NCBI GenBank assembly: GCA_003165335.1
Contig: PLTD01000217.1
Span: 6,247 to 70,246, forward strand
DNA length: 64,000 nt
DNA from: Rhodospirillales bacterium
GTDB taxonomy: Bacteria > Pseudomonadota > Alphaproteobacteria > BOG-932 > Roseiterribacteraceae
Reading direction: 5' to 3'
This document shows, in pieces, positions 63,810-64,000 of the stretch; position 1 is the first letter of the stretch; each line of letters begins with the position of its first letter. Under the pieces are notes generated by a model. That model did no database searches, was not told the origin of the DNA, and saw only the letters and a list, made by a program, of their open reading frames with translations. A program made the translations under genes and the position numbers.

Positions 63810-64000
63810 AGCGGTCGCGCTACCAAGGCTCCGTCCAAAACTCCAGTGACCCGAGCCTTCACGACACTACCGACACATGCCAAGTCGTCAGTAAGGCGAA
63901 CGGACGCATAATGTTCGCTGCGTCCCTCTCCTGGCTTTTCGATAAGGGCCCAAATTTCCGCATCGATCTGGCTGGTCAAAAACAGATCCAGACGCCGATT
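63806..64000 (-). CDS. C-terminal fragment of a radical-SAM methylthiotransferase (MiaB/MtaB family, TRAM domain); 5-prime end lies outside the window
   Basis: My own translation of the minus strand gives ...IEKPGEGRSEHYASVRLTDDLACVGSVVKARVTGVLDGALVARPL-stop. The stop overlaps the ftsY ATG as ATGA. The family call rests on the TRAM-like tail and the usual alphaproteobacterial mtaB-ftsY synteny. Confidence 0.45.
   Translation of the reverse strand, partial: NRRLDLFLTSQIDAEIWALIEKPGEGRSEHYASVRLTDDLACVGSVVKARVTGVLDGALVARPL

Noticed and set aside
1-64000. I searched by eye for CRISPR arrays, tRNA/rRNA genes, IS elements, integrases, phage genes and long tandem repeats.
   Set aside because: I noticed no regularly spaced repeats, cloverleaf-sized conserved spacers, or transposase/integrase-like ORFs. 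Intergenic regions are mostly under 250 nt. Small RNAs cannot be excluded without covariance-model scans.

Overview
GC-rich bacterial chromosomal segment. Gene content and synteny (fdxA-carD-rpoH, pgk, ftsY, many SDR/flavoprotein catabolic genes) suggest an alphaproteobacterium, probably Sphingomonadaceae-like; this is inference only. I support about 60 protein-coding genes. I saw no rRNA, tRNA, CRISPR array, transposase or integrase. Positions 1-50.7 kb are accessory-looking: esterase, SDRs, MaoC and MhpD-like hydratases, a MATE pump, three tandem or nearby KstD-like flavoproteins, a PQQ dehydrogenase, a sulfotransferase, an LLM oxidoreductase and DUF1214 proteins. Positions 50.8-64 kb are core housekeeping genes. 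The most interesting signal is a four-gene cassette of exported proteins of unknown function. It consists of an unknown ~385-395 aa secreted protein, a planctomycete-type DUF1585/1587/1588/1592/1595 lipoprotein with a conserved CxxCH, a twin-arginine DUF1552 protein, and a COG4315/Lipoprotein_15 repeat protein. The cassette occurs twice as diverged paralogues in opposite orientation (9.9-15.4 kb on the minus strand, 43.5-48.5 kb on the plus strand). The first copy is headed by a HiPIP gene and faces a divergent TetR regulator. Other notable points follow. A PQQ dehydrogenase is fused to an amicyanin-like cupredoxin in which the axial Met is replaced by Ser. A ligase-associated Lhr-type helicase and its usual partner pdeM are separated by ~17.7 kb of accessory genes that include cassette 2. 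A metallophosphoesterase homologue between carD and rpoH has lost most catalytic residues. Several genes carry indel or nonsense lesions: photolyase, vapB, vapC, a GNAT gene, and possibly a cpaD-like gene. These lesions may reflect real gene decay or assembly errors. All functional calls rest on motif recognition by eye; no database search was possible.
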